DNA from: an uncultured Desulfobacter sp.
GTDB taxonomy: Bacteria; Desulfobacterota; Desulfobacteria; Desulfobacterales; Desulfobacteraceae
Reading direction: 5' to 3'
Length of the DNA stretch: 64,000 nt
NCBI GenBank assembly: GCA_963665095.1
Contig: OY762069.1
Location: 6,842,359 to 6,906,358 of the forward strand
The position numbers and the translations under genes were made by a program. Below are positions 31,008 through 40,770 of this stretch, in pieces. The notes beneath the pieces were generated by a model. It did no database searches, was not told the origin of the DNA, and saw only the letters and a program-made list of their open reading frames with translations. Numbering within the stretch: the first letter of the stretch is position 1; each line of letters starts with the position of its first letter.

Positions 31008-31324
31008 ATTGTCATCCCCTTTTTAAAACTGTTCATGGTTGAGTTTAAACACGTCTGCTTATATATTAGGCAGACATGCCCTCTATGACGATTAGTCTGG
31101 GTATATTTAGTACGAAAAGTTTGATATTTTCAAACCTTTTTTGAAAACAAGTGATATAAAATTTAAAAAGAATTTATTCGTTATTGTTTTTCGTATTTAA
31201 AACACGGTTTAAATCCCGTTAAATATCTGCTAAAAAAAAGTTGTTTTTTAAAGTTAGATTCATATGAGCCTGTGGCGGCGGTCTGAAAATTTTGATTTTT
31301 TCACATTATGAATGCAGGTAACAC

Positions 31325-32164
31325 ATGCGAATAAAATGTTGGGGTTCAAGAGGATCTGTTTCCGTATCCGGGAAGAAGTATTTAAAATACGGCGGAGATA
31401 CCACCTGTTTTGAGGTTCAGGCCGATTCCGGTCAGACGGTGATTCTCGATGCGGGCACCGGTATCAGGCGCCTGGGTAAATCCATTGTGAAAAGGCAGAT
31501 CAAAACATGTTATCTGCTTTTTACCCACGCCCACTGGGACCATATTCTTGGGTTGCCCTTTTTTCATCCCATGCTCAGGGCGGATACCACTCTCTATTTC
31601 CAGGATCGCACCTTTGGAGGTTTTTCCACGCAGCAGGTCATTGACCGGATCATGCTGACCCCTTTTTTCCCGGTCAACCTTGAGGATTTTCAGGCTGATA
31701 TCCGGTTTGATGCCGCGTTGAATGGCCATTTTTCCATCGGCAGTCTGGACATTGAGACCATTGCCACCTCCCATTCCCAGGACAGCATGGGATACAGGTT
31801 CAGGGAAAACGGAAAAACCTTTGTGTTTCTGACTGACAATGAACTTGGGTTTGCACATACACAGAGCAAAAATTTTCAGGATTACATTGATTTTGCCAGG
31901 GATGCGGATATCATGTTTCATGACACAGAGTACACCGATGACGAGTACGACGGGAAAATCGGATGGGGGCACTCCCGCATTTCCGATGTCCTGGACCTGG
32001 CAACCAAAGCCGGGGTAAAACAGTTGGGGCTGATTCACCTGAATCAGGACCGAAGCGATGATCAGGTGGACCAGATGGCGGACCTTTGCCGCAGCTTTTT
32101 TCAGAAAAATAATTTAGCCACAACCTGTTATGCAGTTCCCGCCGATTTTGAAGTTGCCCTGTAA
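31325..32164 (+). CDS. MBL-fold metallo-hydrolase (phosphodiesterase/RNase Z-like)
   Basis: WGSRGS, YGGDTTC, DAGTG, THAHWDH, TDNE, GWGHS. Confidence 0.9.
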   Translation: MRIKCWGSRGSVSVSGKKYLKYGGDTTCFEVQADSGQTVILDAGTGIRRLGKSIVKRQIKTCYLLFTHAHWDHILGLPFFHPMLRADTTLYFQDRTFGGFSTQQVIDRIMLTPFFPVNLEDFQADIRFDAALNGHFSIGSLDIETIATSHSQDSMGYRFRENGKTFVFLTDNELGFAHTQSKNFQDYIDFARDADIMFHDTEYTDDEYDGKIGWGHSRISDVLDLATKAGVKQLGLIHLNQDRSDDQVDQMADLCRSFFQKNNLATTCYAVPADFEVAL

Positions 32165-33704
32165 CGATACCATTAAAGCCTTTTTTCATCCCAGGGTGGT
32201 CACCATGCTGTTCTTCGGATTCAGTGCGGGGCTGCCCATTCTGTTGATTTTTTCCTCCTTGTCGTTATGGCTTCGGGAAGCCGGGGTTGAACGATCAGCC
32301 GTGACCTTTTTTTCCTGGGCGGCTTTGGGCTACTCTTTTAAATTTGTCTGGGCGCCTCTGGTGGACCAGATGCCCATTCCGTTCATGACAAAGGCCCTGG
32401 GTCGTCGCCGGGCCTGGATCCTTTGTGCCCAGATGTTGATAGCGTCTGCCATTTTTGCCATGTCCATGGTTGATCCGGCAAAGGGGCAGGACTATTTGTC
32501 CCTGATGGCGCTTTTTGCTGTGGCTCTGGGCTTTTCCTCCGCCACCCAGGATATTGCCATTGATGCGTACCGGATTGAGTCGGTAGGCCCTGAGCTTCAG
32601 GCCCTGATGGCATCTGTTTATATCGCCGGTTACAGGATCGGCATGCTGGCAGCCGGTGCCGGTGCCCTGTTCCTTGCCCAGATCAAAGGGTCTTCCCCGG
32701 GGGCCTATGATTACGCGGCCTGGCGTACGGCCTACCAGATCATGGCGGCGATGATGGCCGTGGGCATGGTCACGGTGTTTCTGGTCCCGGAGCCGGATGT
32801 GACGGCAAATGACTCACCTTCCGCCCGAACCCTGGACCATGCCCGGTTTTTTATTCTGTTTCTGATATCAGCAGTTGCTTTTGCCGGCTGGTTTTATTGG
32901 TCATCCGGGCCTGCCGGAGCATTGAAACAGGTGCTTTCTTCTGGGGGAAAACATATGGCGGTTGCGGGTCTCCTTGTGGAGGCCGTCCGGCTTGCCGCGG
33001 GTATTGGCGTGGCCCTTTGCTGTGCCCGCATGATGGTGGTTTTAAGGATTGCAGATATGGGGATGATCCGGTCAGCCTATTTTGATCCGGTCTCTGATTT
33101 TTTTTCCCGTTACGGAATGGGCCTTGCCTGGCTGCTTTTGGCCCTGATCGGCCTTTACAGGATTTCAGATATTGTCCTGGGCGTGATTTCCAACGTGTTT
33201 TACCAGGACATCGGATTCTCAAAAATTCACATTGCCAGCATTGTTAAAACCTTTGGGCTGTTCATGACCATTGCCGGCGGTTTCCTGGGAGGCACCTTGT
33301 CCATTCGGTTCGGTGTCATGCGCATCCTTTTTGCCGGGGCACTTTTGTCTGCATTGACAAATCTTTTGTTCGTACTGATGGCCTATACCGGGCCTGCCCT
33401 GCCCATGCTTTACCTGGTGATTTCTGCGGATAATCTTGCAGGAGGCCTTGCAGGGGCTGCCTTTGTAGCCTTTTTGTCCAGTCTGACCAATGTGCGGTTT
33501 ACTGCCATTCAATATGCGGTGTTTTCCTCCCTGATGACCCTCATACCTAAAGTCTTTTCGGGGTACTCCGGTACCATGGTGGACAGTCTTGGGTACCCAG
33601 TGTTTTTTACGGTGACTGCCGTGATGGGCATCCCCGTCCTGGTCCTGATTCTGATATGCGATAGGCGGCTGGACCCTGAAGGAAAATCCAAAATATCTGT
33701 TTAG
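32130..33704 (+). CDS. ampG: AmpG-family muropeptide MFS permease (start may be TTG 32154)
   Basis: GFSAGLP, KFVWAPLVD, GRRRAW, SATQDIAIDAYRIE, FTAIQYA. Confidence 0.92.
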   Translation: MQFPPILKLPCNDTIKAFFHPRVVTMLFFGFSAGLPILLIFSSLSLWLREAGVERSAVTFFSWAALGYSFKFVWAPLVDQMPIPFMTKALGRRRAWILCAQMLIASAIFAMSMVDPAKGQDYLSLMALFAVALGFSSATQDIAIDAYRIESVGPELQALMASVYIAGYRIGMLAAGAGALFLAQIKGSSPGAYDYAAWRTAYQIMAAMMAVGMVTVFLVPEPDVTANDSPSARTLDHARFFILFLISAVAFAGWFYWSSGPAGALKQVLSSGGKHMAVAGLLVEAVRLAAGIGVALCCARMMVVLRIADMGMIRSAYFDPVSDFFSRYGMGLAWLLLALIGLYRISDIVLGVISNVFYQDIGFSKIHIASIVKTFGLFMTIAGGFLGGTLSIRFGVMRILFAGALLSALTNLLFVLMAYTGPALPMLYLVISADNLAGGLAGAAFVAFLSSLTNVRFTAIQYAVFSSLMTLIPKVFSGYSGTMVDSLGYPVFFTVTAVMGIPVLVLILICDRRLDPEGKSKISV

Positions 33705-33888
33705 ACAAGTAGTTCAGCGGATCTTTTTTGCTTCTTATCCCAATTCGTTGCCAGTTGGTTTTTAAATGGGCAGGGAAGAAAATCTCTTTACCCTGGTCTG
33801 GTTTTTTATTATGAGATACTCTGAGCTTTGAAGATCTTAAAGTGGTAACCCGGTTGAACCCTTAAAACAGCGCCTGAATTTAAAGCCC

Positions 33889-34037
33889 TTGTTTGGGCGA
33901 AAAGTTACCCGGATGAAAGGCTATAAAAAATTTGCAACCGGCGCAATCATTTCGGTTGTAGAGGGTGCAGAATTTTTCTGCAATGCAGCAGGCGGGTAAT
34001 ATTGTGGGATATACCCCTTAAAGAACCGTTCAAACAC
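33889..34037. repeat. Degenerate second copy of the MITE/REP-like element
   Basis: TGTTTGGGCGAAAAGTTACCCGGATGAAAGGC ... GCAGGCGGGTAA ... CGTTCAAACAC resembles both ends of 15444-15555. Confidence 0.6.
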
Positions 34038-34085
34038 AAAATGAATATCCCTTAGGTTAACGATTTATATTCTCGAGGAGATAAA

Positions 34086-34487
34086 ATGGCTGTAATCGTC
34101 CAATTTATTGTTGTCAGGGATGGAGATGAAAAGATGACATTTGCGACAAAGAAAGAAGCAGACGCCTATGACAAGATGCTTGATATTGCCGACCATTTGT
34201 TTGATTTTCTGGGCCAGTCCGATCTTGGCCTAAACGAAACCGTCCAGGAAGAGGTTTCCCTGCTGTTAGCTGAAAAACGCGAAGAGGTGATGCCGATTTT
34301 AAGGGGAATCTCCCCCAAGGCTCAAAAGCCTTCAAAAAAAGCCGCACCAACTTCTAATGCCAATCCGGCAGACAAGGGGCCGGCCAAGCCGGCGGCTGCC
34401 GGTTCAAATCCTGGCACCCCGGCACCTAAAAAAACGGCCAAGGCCACTCCCCGTACAAAGGCAGCTAACGCCCCAAAGAACGGGTAG
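34086..34487 (+). CDS. yebG: YebG family protein with a K/A/P-rich tail
   Basis: MAVIVQFIVVRDGDEKMTFATKKEADAYDKMLD matches the YebG N-terminus; GAGGAG RBS. Confidence 0.85.
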   Translation: MAVIVQFIVVRDGDEKMTFATKKEADAYDKMLDIADHLFDFLGQSDLGLNETVQEEVSLLLAEKREEVMPILRGISPKAQKPSKKAAPTSNANPADKGPAKPAAAGSNPGTPAPKKTAKATPRTKAANAPKNG

Positions 34488-34523
34488 GGAGCATTAATTT
34501 TCAGGCTTTAAGGAAGAACAGGT

Positions 34524-35810
34524 ATGTCGTCATTTTTGTTTCGATTGGTACGGGTGATTGTAATTATTGCCATTGGTGCGGCCGTGGCATTCTGGCTGTT
34601 TGTCTCCAGGGAAAAACCCGAGAAAATAGCCGTGGTTCAGGCCCCGCCAAAGGTGCAGTGTGTTAAAGCGGTTTCCGGCAATTCTGTTATGACTGTTGAG
34701 GCCTTCGGCACAGTAACCCCCCGCAACAGCGTAAAGCTGGCCATGGAAGCAGCCGGCAGAATCGACTACATTCATCCCGGGTTTCGGGAAGGGGCACAAG
34801 TAAAAAAGGGCGACACCCTTTTAGGCATTGATCAGCGCACCCTTGTCCTTAGTGAGAAAAATGCCCGTGTCCGGGTGGAACAGGCCAGTGCGGACATCCG
34901 TCTGCTTGAACAGGAGACCAAAAATCTGAAGGCGGATGCACAGCTTGCGGAAAGCAATATGAAACTCAGCCTTAAAGAGCTGGAACGGGTCAAAGCATTA
35001 ACCAAAAACCAGTTTGCATCCAAAAACAGTCTGGACAAGGCGGAACAGCAATCCCTGGCTGCAAAGACTCAACTGCAGGCCGTAACCAATGCAATGGAGC
35101 TGTTGCCTGCGCGCATGGCATTAAAGCAATCGGTCCTTTCTGCAGCACAGGTGGCCCTTGACCAGGCCATTCTCATGCTTGAGAAGTCAGAAATTAAAGC
35201 CCCTTTTGACGGCTTTGTTCTGGCCAGGCAGGTGGAGATTCTGGAATTTGTCAATCCGGGGCAGGCCCTTGGGGTTATTTATGAAAAAGATGCACTGGAT
35301 GTAGATGTGCGTATCCCCTTGGAAGAGCTTCAATGGCTGGGTGCTGTATTTGAGAACGGAAATCAGCCCAAGGTTCTTGTGACCATAGCAAACCTGGATG
35401 ACTTTACCTCACCTGTGTGGCCGGGTCGTGTGGTACGCATTAAAGCTGCCATTGATGAAAAAACCCGAACCATGCCCATGACGGTTGAAATCGGCAGCCT
35501 TGAAATCAGGGATCCTTTACTGGCCCTTAAACCCGGCGTCTTTGTCAAGTGTCGTATTAACGGTGAGAAAAGAGTTACCTTTCCGGTGCCAAGACACCTG
35601 ATGCGCTCGCCTGATACGTTGTTTCTGGCTGTGGACGATTGCCTGGTAATTCGAAAGGTACAGGTAATCCGCCGGTTTGAAGATACTGTGTTTATCGCAA
35701 AAGGGCTCAGCGACGGTGATCTGATTATCCAGTCACCACTTCCCGGTGCCGTTGACGGCATGGCCTTAACTGTCACCCAGGCCGTCAAGCCGGCCGGAGA
35801 AACTAAATGA
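34524..35810 (+). CDS. RND efflux periplasmic adaptor (MFP)
   Basis: N-terminal TM, GTVTP, long coiled coil, IKAPFDG, LKPGVFV, GLSDGD. Confidence 0.93.
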   Translation: MSSFLFRLVRVIVIIAIGAAVAFWLFVSREKPEKIAVVQAPPKVQCVKAVSGNSVMTVEAFGTVTPRNSVKLAMEAAGRIDYIHPGFREGAQVKKGDTLLGIDQRTLVLSEKNARVRVEQASADIRLLEQETKNLKADAQLAESNMKLSLKELERVKALTKNQFASKNSLDKAEQQSLAAKTQLQAVTNAMELLPARMALKQSVLSAAQVALDQAILMLEKSEIKAPFDGFVLARQVEILEFVNPGQALGVIYEKDALDVDVRIPLEELQWLGAVFENGNQPKVLVTIANLDDFTSPVWPGRVVRIKAAIDEKTRTMPMTVEIGSLEIRDPLLALKPGVFVKCRINGEKRVTFPVPRHLMRSPDTLFLAVDDCLVIRKVQVIRRFEDTVFIAKGLSDGDLIIQSPLPGAVDGMALTVTQAVKPAGETK

Positions 35811-38800
35811 AAGCGATTGGCAAATGGTCGGTGGAGCACCGGGTTACCGTAAACCTTATTATGGTGTTTCTGATTGTGGCCGGCATGTTTACGGCCATAA
35901 ACATGAAGCGCGAGATGTTCCCGCAGTTCTCCTTGGATATGATCAGTATTTCTGTGAAATATCCGGGGGCTTCTCCCGAGGATGTGGAAGAGGGCCTCTG
36001 CATCAAAATTGAGGAGCAGCTCAAAAGCCTGGAAAACATTAAAACCATGTATTCCACGGCGGTTGAGGGATACGCTTCCGTGGTTCTGGAGTTGGACGCC
36101 GGCACAGATATCAGTGACAAGCTCAATGAGGTCAGAACCGAAATCGATTTGATTGATTCTTTCCCCACCCAGGCCGAAGATCCGGTGGTGGTGGAAATTA
36201 AGAACAATGAACCCGCCATTTATGTGGCAGTTTACGGCGATGTACCGGAACAGACACTTAGACAGACGGCTGAAAAGATCAGGGACGATCTGGTGGCTTT
36301 TGATGAAATTTCCCTGGCCAGTCTGATCGGGGTCCGTGATTATGAAATCTCAGTTGAAATCTCAGAGGAAGCGCTACGCAAATTTTCCCTGTCATTTAAT
36401 GATGTGGTGCGTGCAGTGGGCACCGGCAGTTTAGAGCTGCCGGGCGGACTGATCAAAACCCCGGGCGGGGAATTTTTGATCCGGGCCAAGGGTAAACGGT
36501 ATACCGGACTTGAGTATGGGCAGATTCCCCTGGTTACAAAGGCAGATGGTACCGTGGTGCGCTTAGGCGATGTGGCCCGGGTGGTGGACGGGTTCGAGGA
36601 TCTGGATCTCAAATCACGGTTTAACGGGGCCCCGGCCGCCATGGTGGCGGTAAAACGTACCGACGCCCAGGACACCATTGCCATTTCCAACCGGGTCCTG
36701 GAATATATGCAGGCCATTAAAAAAGATCTGCCCAAAGGGGTCAGTTTAGGCCACTGGTACAACATGGCCGATCTGGTTCAGGACCGGATTGATCTGCTCC
36801 TTAAAAATGGAATTCAGGGAATTCTTCTGGTGTTTGTTGTTCTGGCCCTGTTTCTGGATCTGGGCCTGGCCTTCTGGGTGGCTTCAGGCATCCCCATTAC
36901 CTTCATGGGCTCTTTTCTGGTTCTGGAATATATTGGTGCCTCCGTGAACATGCTCTCTTTGTTCGGGTTTATCATGACTTTAGGCATCCTGGTGGATGAC
37001 GCCATTATTGTGGGAGAAAATGTATATACCCACTATTCCGCAGGCAAATCACCCAAAGATGCGGTCATGGCGGCTATGGAACAGGTGGGTGGCCCTGTGG
37101 TTATGGCGGTGTCCACTACCATTGTGGCGTTTGCCCCCCTGATGTTCATCACCGGAATCATGGGAAAATTTATTGCCGTCATGCCCCAGGCGGTGATCTG
37201 TATTTTGTTTATTTCTCTGCTTGAGGCCTTTTTTATTCTGCCGGCTCACCTGGAAGGGACTCTGACCCCTGGAAAATCAGTTAAATCAAAGCCTCGTAAA
37301 TATCTCTTTTTCTGGCTGGACTGGCTGAAGTCCGATATCTTATATATCCACGGGGTGCTGAGGGTGAGGGTGGAGAGATGGCTGAACCGCGTCATTTATT
37401 CCTTTTATCTGCCGGTGCTCAAGTTTTGTGTCAAAAACAGGTATTTTACCCTGAGTATCGGCCTTGCCTGTCTGATCATGAGTTTAGGGCTGATAGCCGG
37501 CGGGCATGTGCCATATACCTTTTTCGGGAAAAGTGATTCCAACTGGCTGGTGTCAGATATTGTCTATCCCTTGGGAACCCCGTTCGAGACCACTGAAAAC
37601 ACTATCAAGCAGCTGGAGACTGGCGCTTTTAAACTCAACGAGTATTTCAGGGACCGGGTTGAGGATGAAAAGGATCTGGTGGTCAACGCCTTTTCCCTGG
37701 TGGGTGTCATTCCCCGTCGGGACTGGAAGCCCGGGGTGAACGGCGGCCATTGCGGTGAGGTCTGGGTTGAGATACAGCCATCGGCCGGGCGACCGGATGT
37801 CCTGGCCAGTGAAGTGGCTGCCAGATGGCGGGAGATGACCGGCGATATTTTAGGGGCGGAGCAGTCTTCCTTCACCATCATTAGCGGCGGCCCGGGTGGT
37901 AACCCCATTGAGATCCGGCTGCACGGCAGTGACCTTGCCATGATGGCGGCAGCAGCCAGGGCCCTTAAAGATGAAATTGCCACCTATCCGGGCACCTTTG
38001 ACATCACGGATGATTTCAGGCCCGGAAAAATGGAAAAACAGATCTACATCCGGCCCGGGGCAGAATCCTTAGGGGTTACCATGGCGGACATTGCCACCCA
38101 GATCCGCCAGGCCTATTACGGGGATGAGGTGCTCAAAATCCAGCGGGGAAAGGATGACATCAAGGTGATGGTCCGGTATTCCAAGGATGAGCGGGAAAGT
38201 GAAGCCAGTATTGACCGGCTGCGGATTCGCACCCCGGATAACAGAGAGATTCCATTAAACCAGGTGGCCCGCATTGAAACCAGAAGAGGGTACTCCACCA
38301 TCAACCGGGTGGACCGGCACCGGGTCATTACCGTTACCTCGGATCTGGACGAGGACATTGCCAATGCCCAGAAAATTGTAACAGATCTGAGCCAGAATTT
38401 TTTGCCTGAACTGAAACGCAAATTTCCCGGAGTGGCGTATGATCTTGAGGGACAGGCCAAGCGCAGCCAGGAATCCATGGATAGCCTGATGAAAGGATTT
38501 GCTGTGGCTGCCATGGTGATTTTTTTGCTTCTGGCAAGCCAGTTCAAGTCTTACGCTCAGCCCTTAATCATTATGACCGCTATTCCCTTCGGTCTGATCG
38601 GTGCCATTGTGGGGCACTTTATCATGGGGCTTGATCTTACCATTATTTCTGTTTTCGGTATTGTGGCCCTGTCCGGCATTGTGGTGAATGACTCCCTGAT
38701 CCTGATTGACTTCATCAATGCCAAGATTGCTAAAGGAGCCAAGGTGTTTGATGCTGTGATTGAAGCTGGTGAAAGCCGGTTTCGTCCGGTGCTTTTGACC

Positions 38801-39049
38801 TCTGTGACAACCGTGGCGGGCCTGGCTCCGCTCTTAACGGAAACCAGTTTTCAGGCCAAGTTTCTGATCCCCATGGCCGTTAGTATCAGTTTCGGGCTTG
38901 TGGCTGCCACCATACTGACTCTAATTTTTGTGCCTTCCCTGTATGTGGTGGTTTGGGATGTCTCCCGGTTGCTGGCAGGGGATGCGGTGGAGAGTAAGAT
39001 TCAGGACACTCAGGTTGAACCCGTTGAAAAATTTCCACACCAGAGCTGA
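35807..39049 (+). CDS. RND efflux transporter permease subunit (AcrB/CzcA superfamily)
   Basis: YPGASPEDVE, GILVDDAIIVGEN, GIVVNDS, RFRPVLLTS; ATGA overlap with the MFP gene. Confidence 0.96.
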   Translation: MKAIGKWSVEHRVTVNLIMVFLIVAGMFTAINMKREMFPQFSLDMISISVKYPGASPEDVEEGLCIKIEEQLKSLENIKTMYSTAVEGYASVVLELDAGTDISDKLNEVRTEIDLIDSFPTQAEDPVVVEIKNNEPAIYVAVYGDVPEQTLRQTAEKIRDDLVAFDEISLASLIGVRDYEISVEISEEALRKFSLSFNDVVRAVGTGSLELPGGLIKTPGGEFLIRAKGKRYTGLEYGQIPLVTKADGTVVRLGDVARVVDGFEDLDLKSRFNGAPAAMVAVKRTDAQDTIAISNRVLEYMQAIKKDLPKGVSLGHWYNMADLVQDRIDLLLKNGIQGILLVFVVLALFLDLGLAFWVASGIPITFMGSFLVLEYIGASVNMLSLFGFIMTLGILVDDAIIVGENVYTHYSAGKSPKDAVMAAMEQVGGPVVMAVSTTIVAFAPLMFITGIMGKFIAVMPQAVICILFISLLEAFFILPAHLEGTLTPGKSVKSKPRKYLFFWLDWLKSDILYIHGVLRVRVERWLNRVIYSFYLPVLKFCVKNRYFTLSIGLACLIMSLGLIAGGHVPYTFFGKSDSNWLVSDIVYPLGTPFETTENTIKQLETGAFKLNEYFRDRVEDEKDLVVNAFSLVGVIPRRDWKPGVNGGHCGEVWVEIQPSAGRPDVLASEVAARWREMTGDILGAEQSSFTIISGGPGGNPIEIRLHGSDLAMMAAAARALKDEIATYPGTFDITDDFRPGKMEKQIYIRPGAESLGVTMADIATQIRQAYYGDEVLKIQRGKDDIKVMVRYSKDERESEASIDRLRIRTPDNREIPLNQVARIETRRGYSTINRVDRHRVITVTSDLDEDIANAQKIVTDLSQNFLPELKRKFPGVAYDLEGQAKRSQESMDSLMKGFAVAAMVIFLLLASQFKSYAQPLIIMTAIPFGLIGAIVGHFIMGLDLTIISVFGIVALSGIVVNDSLILIDFINAKIAKGAKVFDAVIEAGESRFRPVLLTSVTTVAGLAPLLTETSFQAKFLIPMAVSISFGLVAATILTLIFVPSLYVVVWDVSRLLAGDAVESKIQDTQVEPVEKFPHQS

Positions 39050-39063
39050 TAGGTTGGGGTTGT

Positions 39064-39933
39064 ATGGATAATGTGTTTAACACCAGTTTCTGGATGGATG
39101 CCTGGGTCAATGATGCTGCGGGGAAGGATACCCTGGCCGTGCATAAAGGGTTTGCCACATCCGATTACTGGGATAAGGCCTCTGTAACTTATAATACCGA
39201 TAAAACAGAGATCAGCACCCGCCGCACGGACAAAGCTTTGGCCGCCCTTAAGGAAAAAGGCCTTTTGTTTGAGGGTATGCGGGTATTGGATATTGGCTGC
39301 GGTACCGGGACCATGTCCCTGACCCTTGCCCTGGAAGGTGCCCATGTCACGGCCATGGATTTTTCCTCAGGCATGCTTGACCGGCTGCGGGCCGACATCC
39401 CTGAAGAAATTGCCTCCCGCATTACCCTGGTTCAGGAAGACTGGCATAATCTGAATATACAGAAAAAGGGGTGGGAAAAGGCCTTTGATCTGGTAGTGGC
39501 CTTTATGTCTCCTGCCGTGGCAGGGCCGGAAGCGTTTTCAAAAATGATTCAGTGCGCGGCAAAAGGCTGTGCTGTCCGGGGCTGGGCTGCAAGAGAGCAA
39601 CCCGCCATTTTTAAAGACCTGTGGAAAAAGATCATGAACCGGCCCCTGGACGACAAGCCCCAGAGTATTCTTTATAAGATCAATCTGCTTTTTGCCATGG
39701 GGCTCTATCCGGATATCTATTTTGACGTGATTGAATGGAATCAGACCATACCCTTAGAAATTGAAGAAGAAAACCAGGTGTCATTTTTCCTCCGGGCGAC
39801 CCTGTTGCCCGAAGAACAGATTCGCCCGGTAATACATCGCTGTCTTAAGGCTCAGACTATGAACGGTCAGTTAAAAAAACAGCACAAAGGCCTTACCGCC
39901 ACAGCTGTTTTTCTGGTAGATCCTTTGATCTAA
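39064..39933 (+). CDS. Class I SAM-dependent methyltransferase
   Basis: VLDIGCGTG, MDFSSGML, FDLVVA. Confidence 0.9.
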   Translation: MDNVFNTSFWMDAWVNDAAGKDTLAVHKGFATSDYWDKASVTYNTDKTEISTRRTDKALAALKEKGLLFEGMRVLDIGCGTGTMSLTLALEGAHVTAMDFSSGMLDRLRADIPEEIASRITLVQEDWHNLNIQKKGWEKAFDLVVAFMSPAVAGPEAFSKMIQCAAKGCAVRGWAAREQPAIFKDLWKKIMNRPLDDKPQSILYKINLLFAMGLYPDIYFDVIEWNQTIPLEIEEENQVSFFLRATLLPEEQIRPVIHRCLKAQTMNGQLKKQHKGLTATAVFLVDPLI

Positions 39934-39972
39934 AAAACCATGGCAGGCGGGCGTTTCATGCTTTTGGGGTTT

Positions 39973-40380
39973 TTATTTGCAGTCATTATGGGGGCAGTTG
40001 TCCAGCCCCTGAATGAATGCCTTAAATTTTTTAAAGGTTGATGCATCCATGGCATGTTCCATCCGGCAGGCAGTTTCATCGGCTGTTTTTTCATCCACAC
40101 CGATGATGCGGAACAGGAAATCTTTTAAAAGAATGTGGCGCTTTTCAATTTCTTTTGCGATTTTTTCGCCGGCTGGCGTTAATGTCACATAGCCGTAGGG
40201 TTCGTAATTGATCAGTTTCTGGGCTGCAAGTTTTTTGAGCATTCCGGTGACAGAACCCCGTTTGATATCCAGCCGTTCGGCAATGTCCTTGGAACGGGCA
40301 ACTGTATTGGTTGTTTGCAGCTCAAGTATGGTTTCGAGATAATCTTCCAGGCTTTCAGACAGATCAAGTGCTTTTGCCAT
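39973..40380 (-). CDS. DtxR/MntR family metal-dependent regulator
   Basis: SLEDYLETI, SVTGMLKKL, YEPYG, RH..L..F, ACRMEH. Confidence 0.94.
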   Translation of the reverse strand: MAKALDLSESLEDYLETILELQTTNTVARSKDIAERLDIKRGSVTGMLKKLAAQKLINYEPYGYVTLTPAGEKIAKEIEKRHILLKDFLFRIIGVDEKTADETACRMEHAMDASTFKKFKAFIQGLDNCPHNDCK

Positions 40381-40770
40381 TCATTTTCCTCCGGTTTTGA
40401 ATCAAAATGTTTTTTATAATGAAACGTCTTGATAAGTTAATCAATATTTTTTTGTCCAGATTTAAAAAAAATTAGGCAGCAACTTACTTTTTTCAATTAA
40501 ACCGATGGTAATTTTCAATATAAAAAATGTATTCAAAGGCCAGTCGGTTCTGGAACTTTACATGGCACTTTAAAAAAAAGATAAAATGGCCGGCGTAAAG
40601 TGTTTTCTTGGATAATCTGGGAGAAACGAACCGAACAAGGCAATGCCGATGATGTTTTGACCGTGTGCGGGGTTGGATGGTATTGTCAGACCAAGAAAGC
40701 TGGTTATAGTATAGGACATTGTTGCTATAACCGTACCGGTAACTTACGCAAAATATAATTGAGGTGAATT

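Noticed and set aside
33844..33860. Possible LexA box upstream of yebG (GGTAACCCGGTTGAACC)
   Set aside because: Spacing does not fit the deltaproteobacterial consensus as I recall it, and the site is separated from the gene by the repeat element.
40465..40495. Possible DtxR/MntR autoregulatory box (AAATTAGGCAGCAACTTACTTT)
   Set aside because: Symmetry relies mostly on flanking A/T runs; too weak to call.
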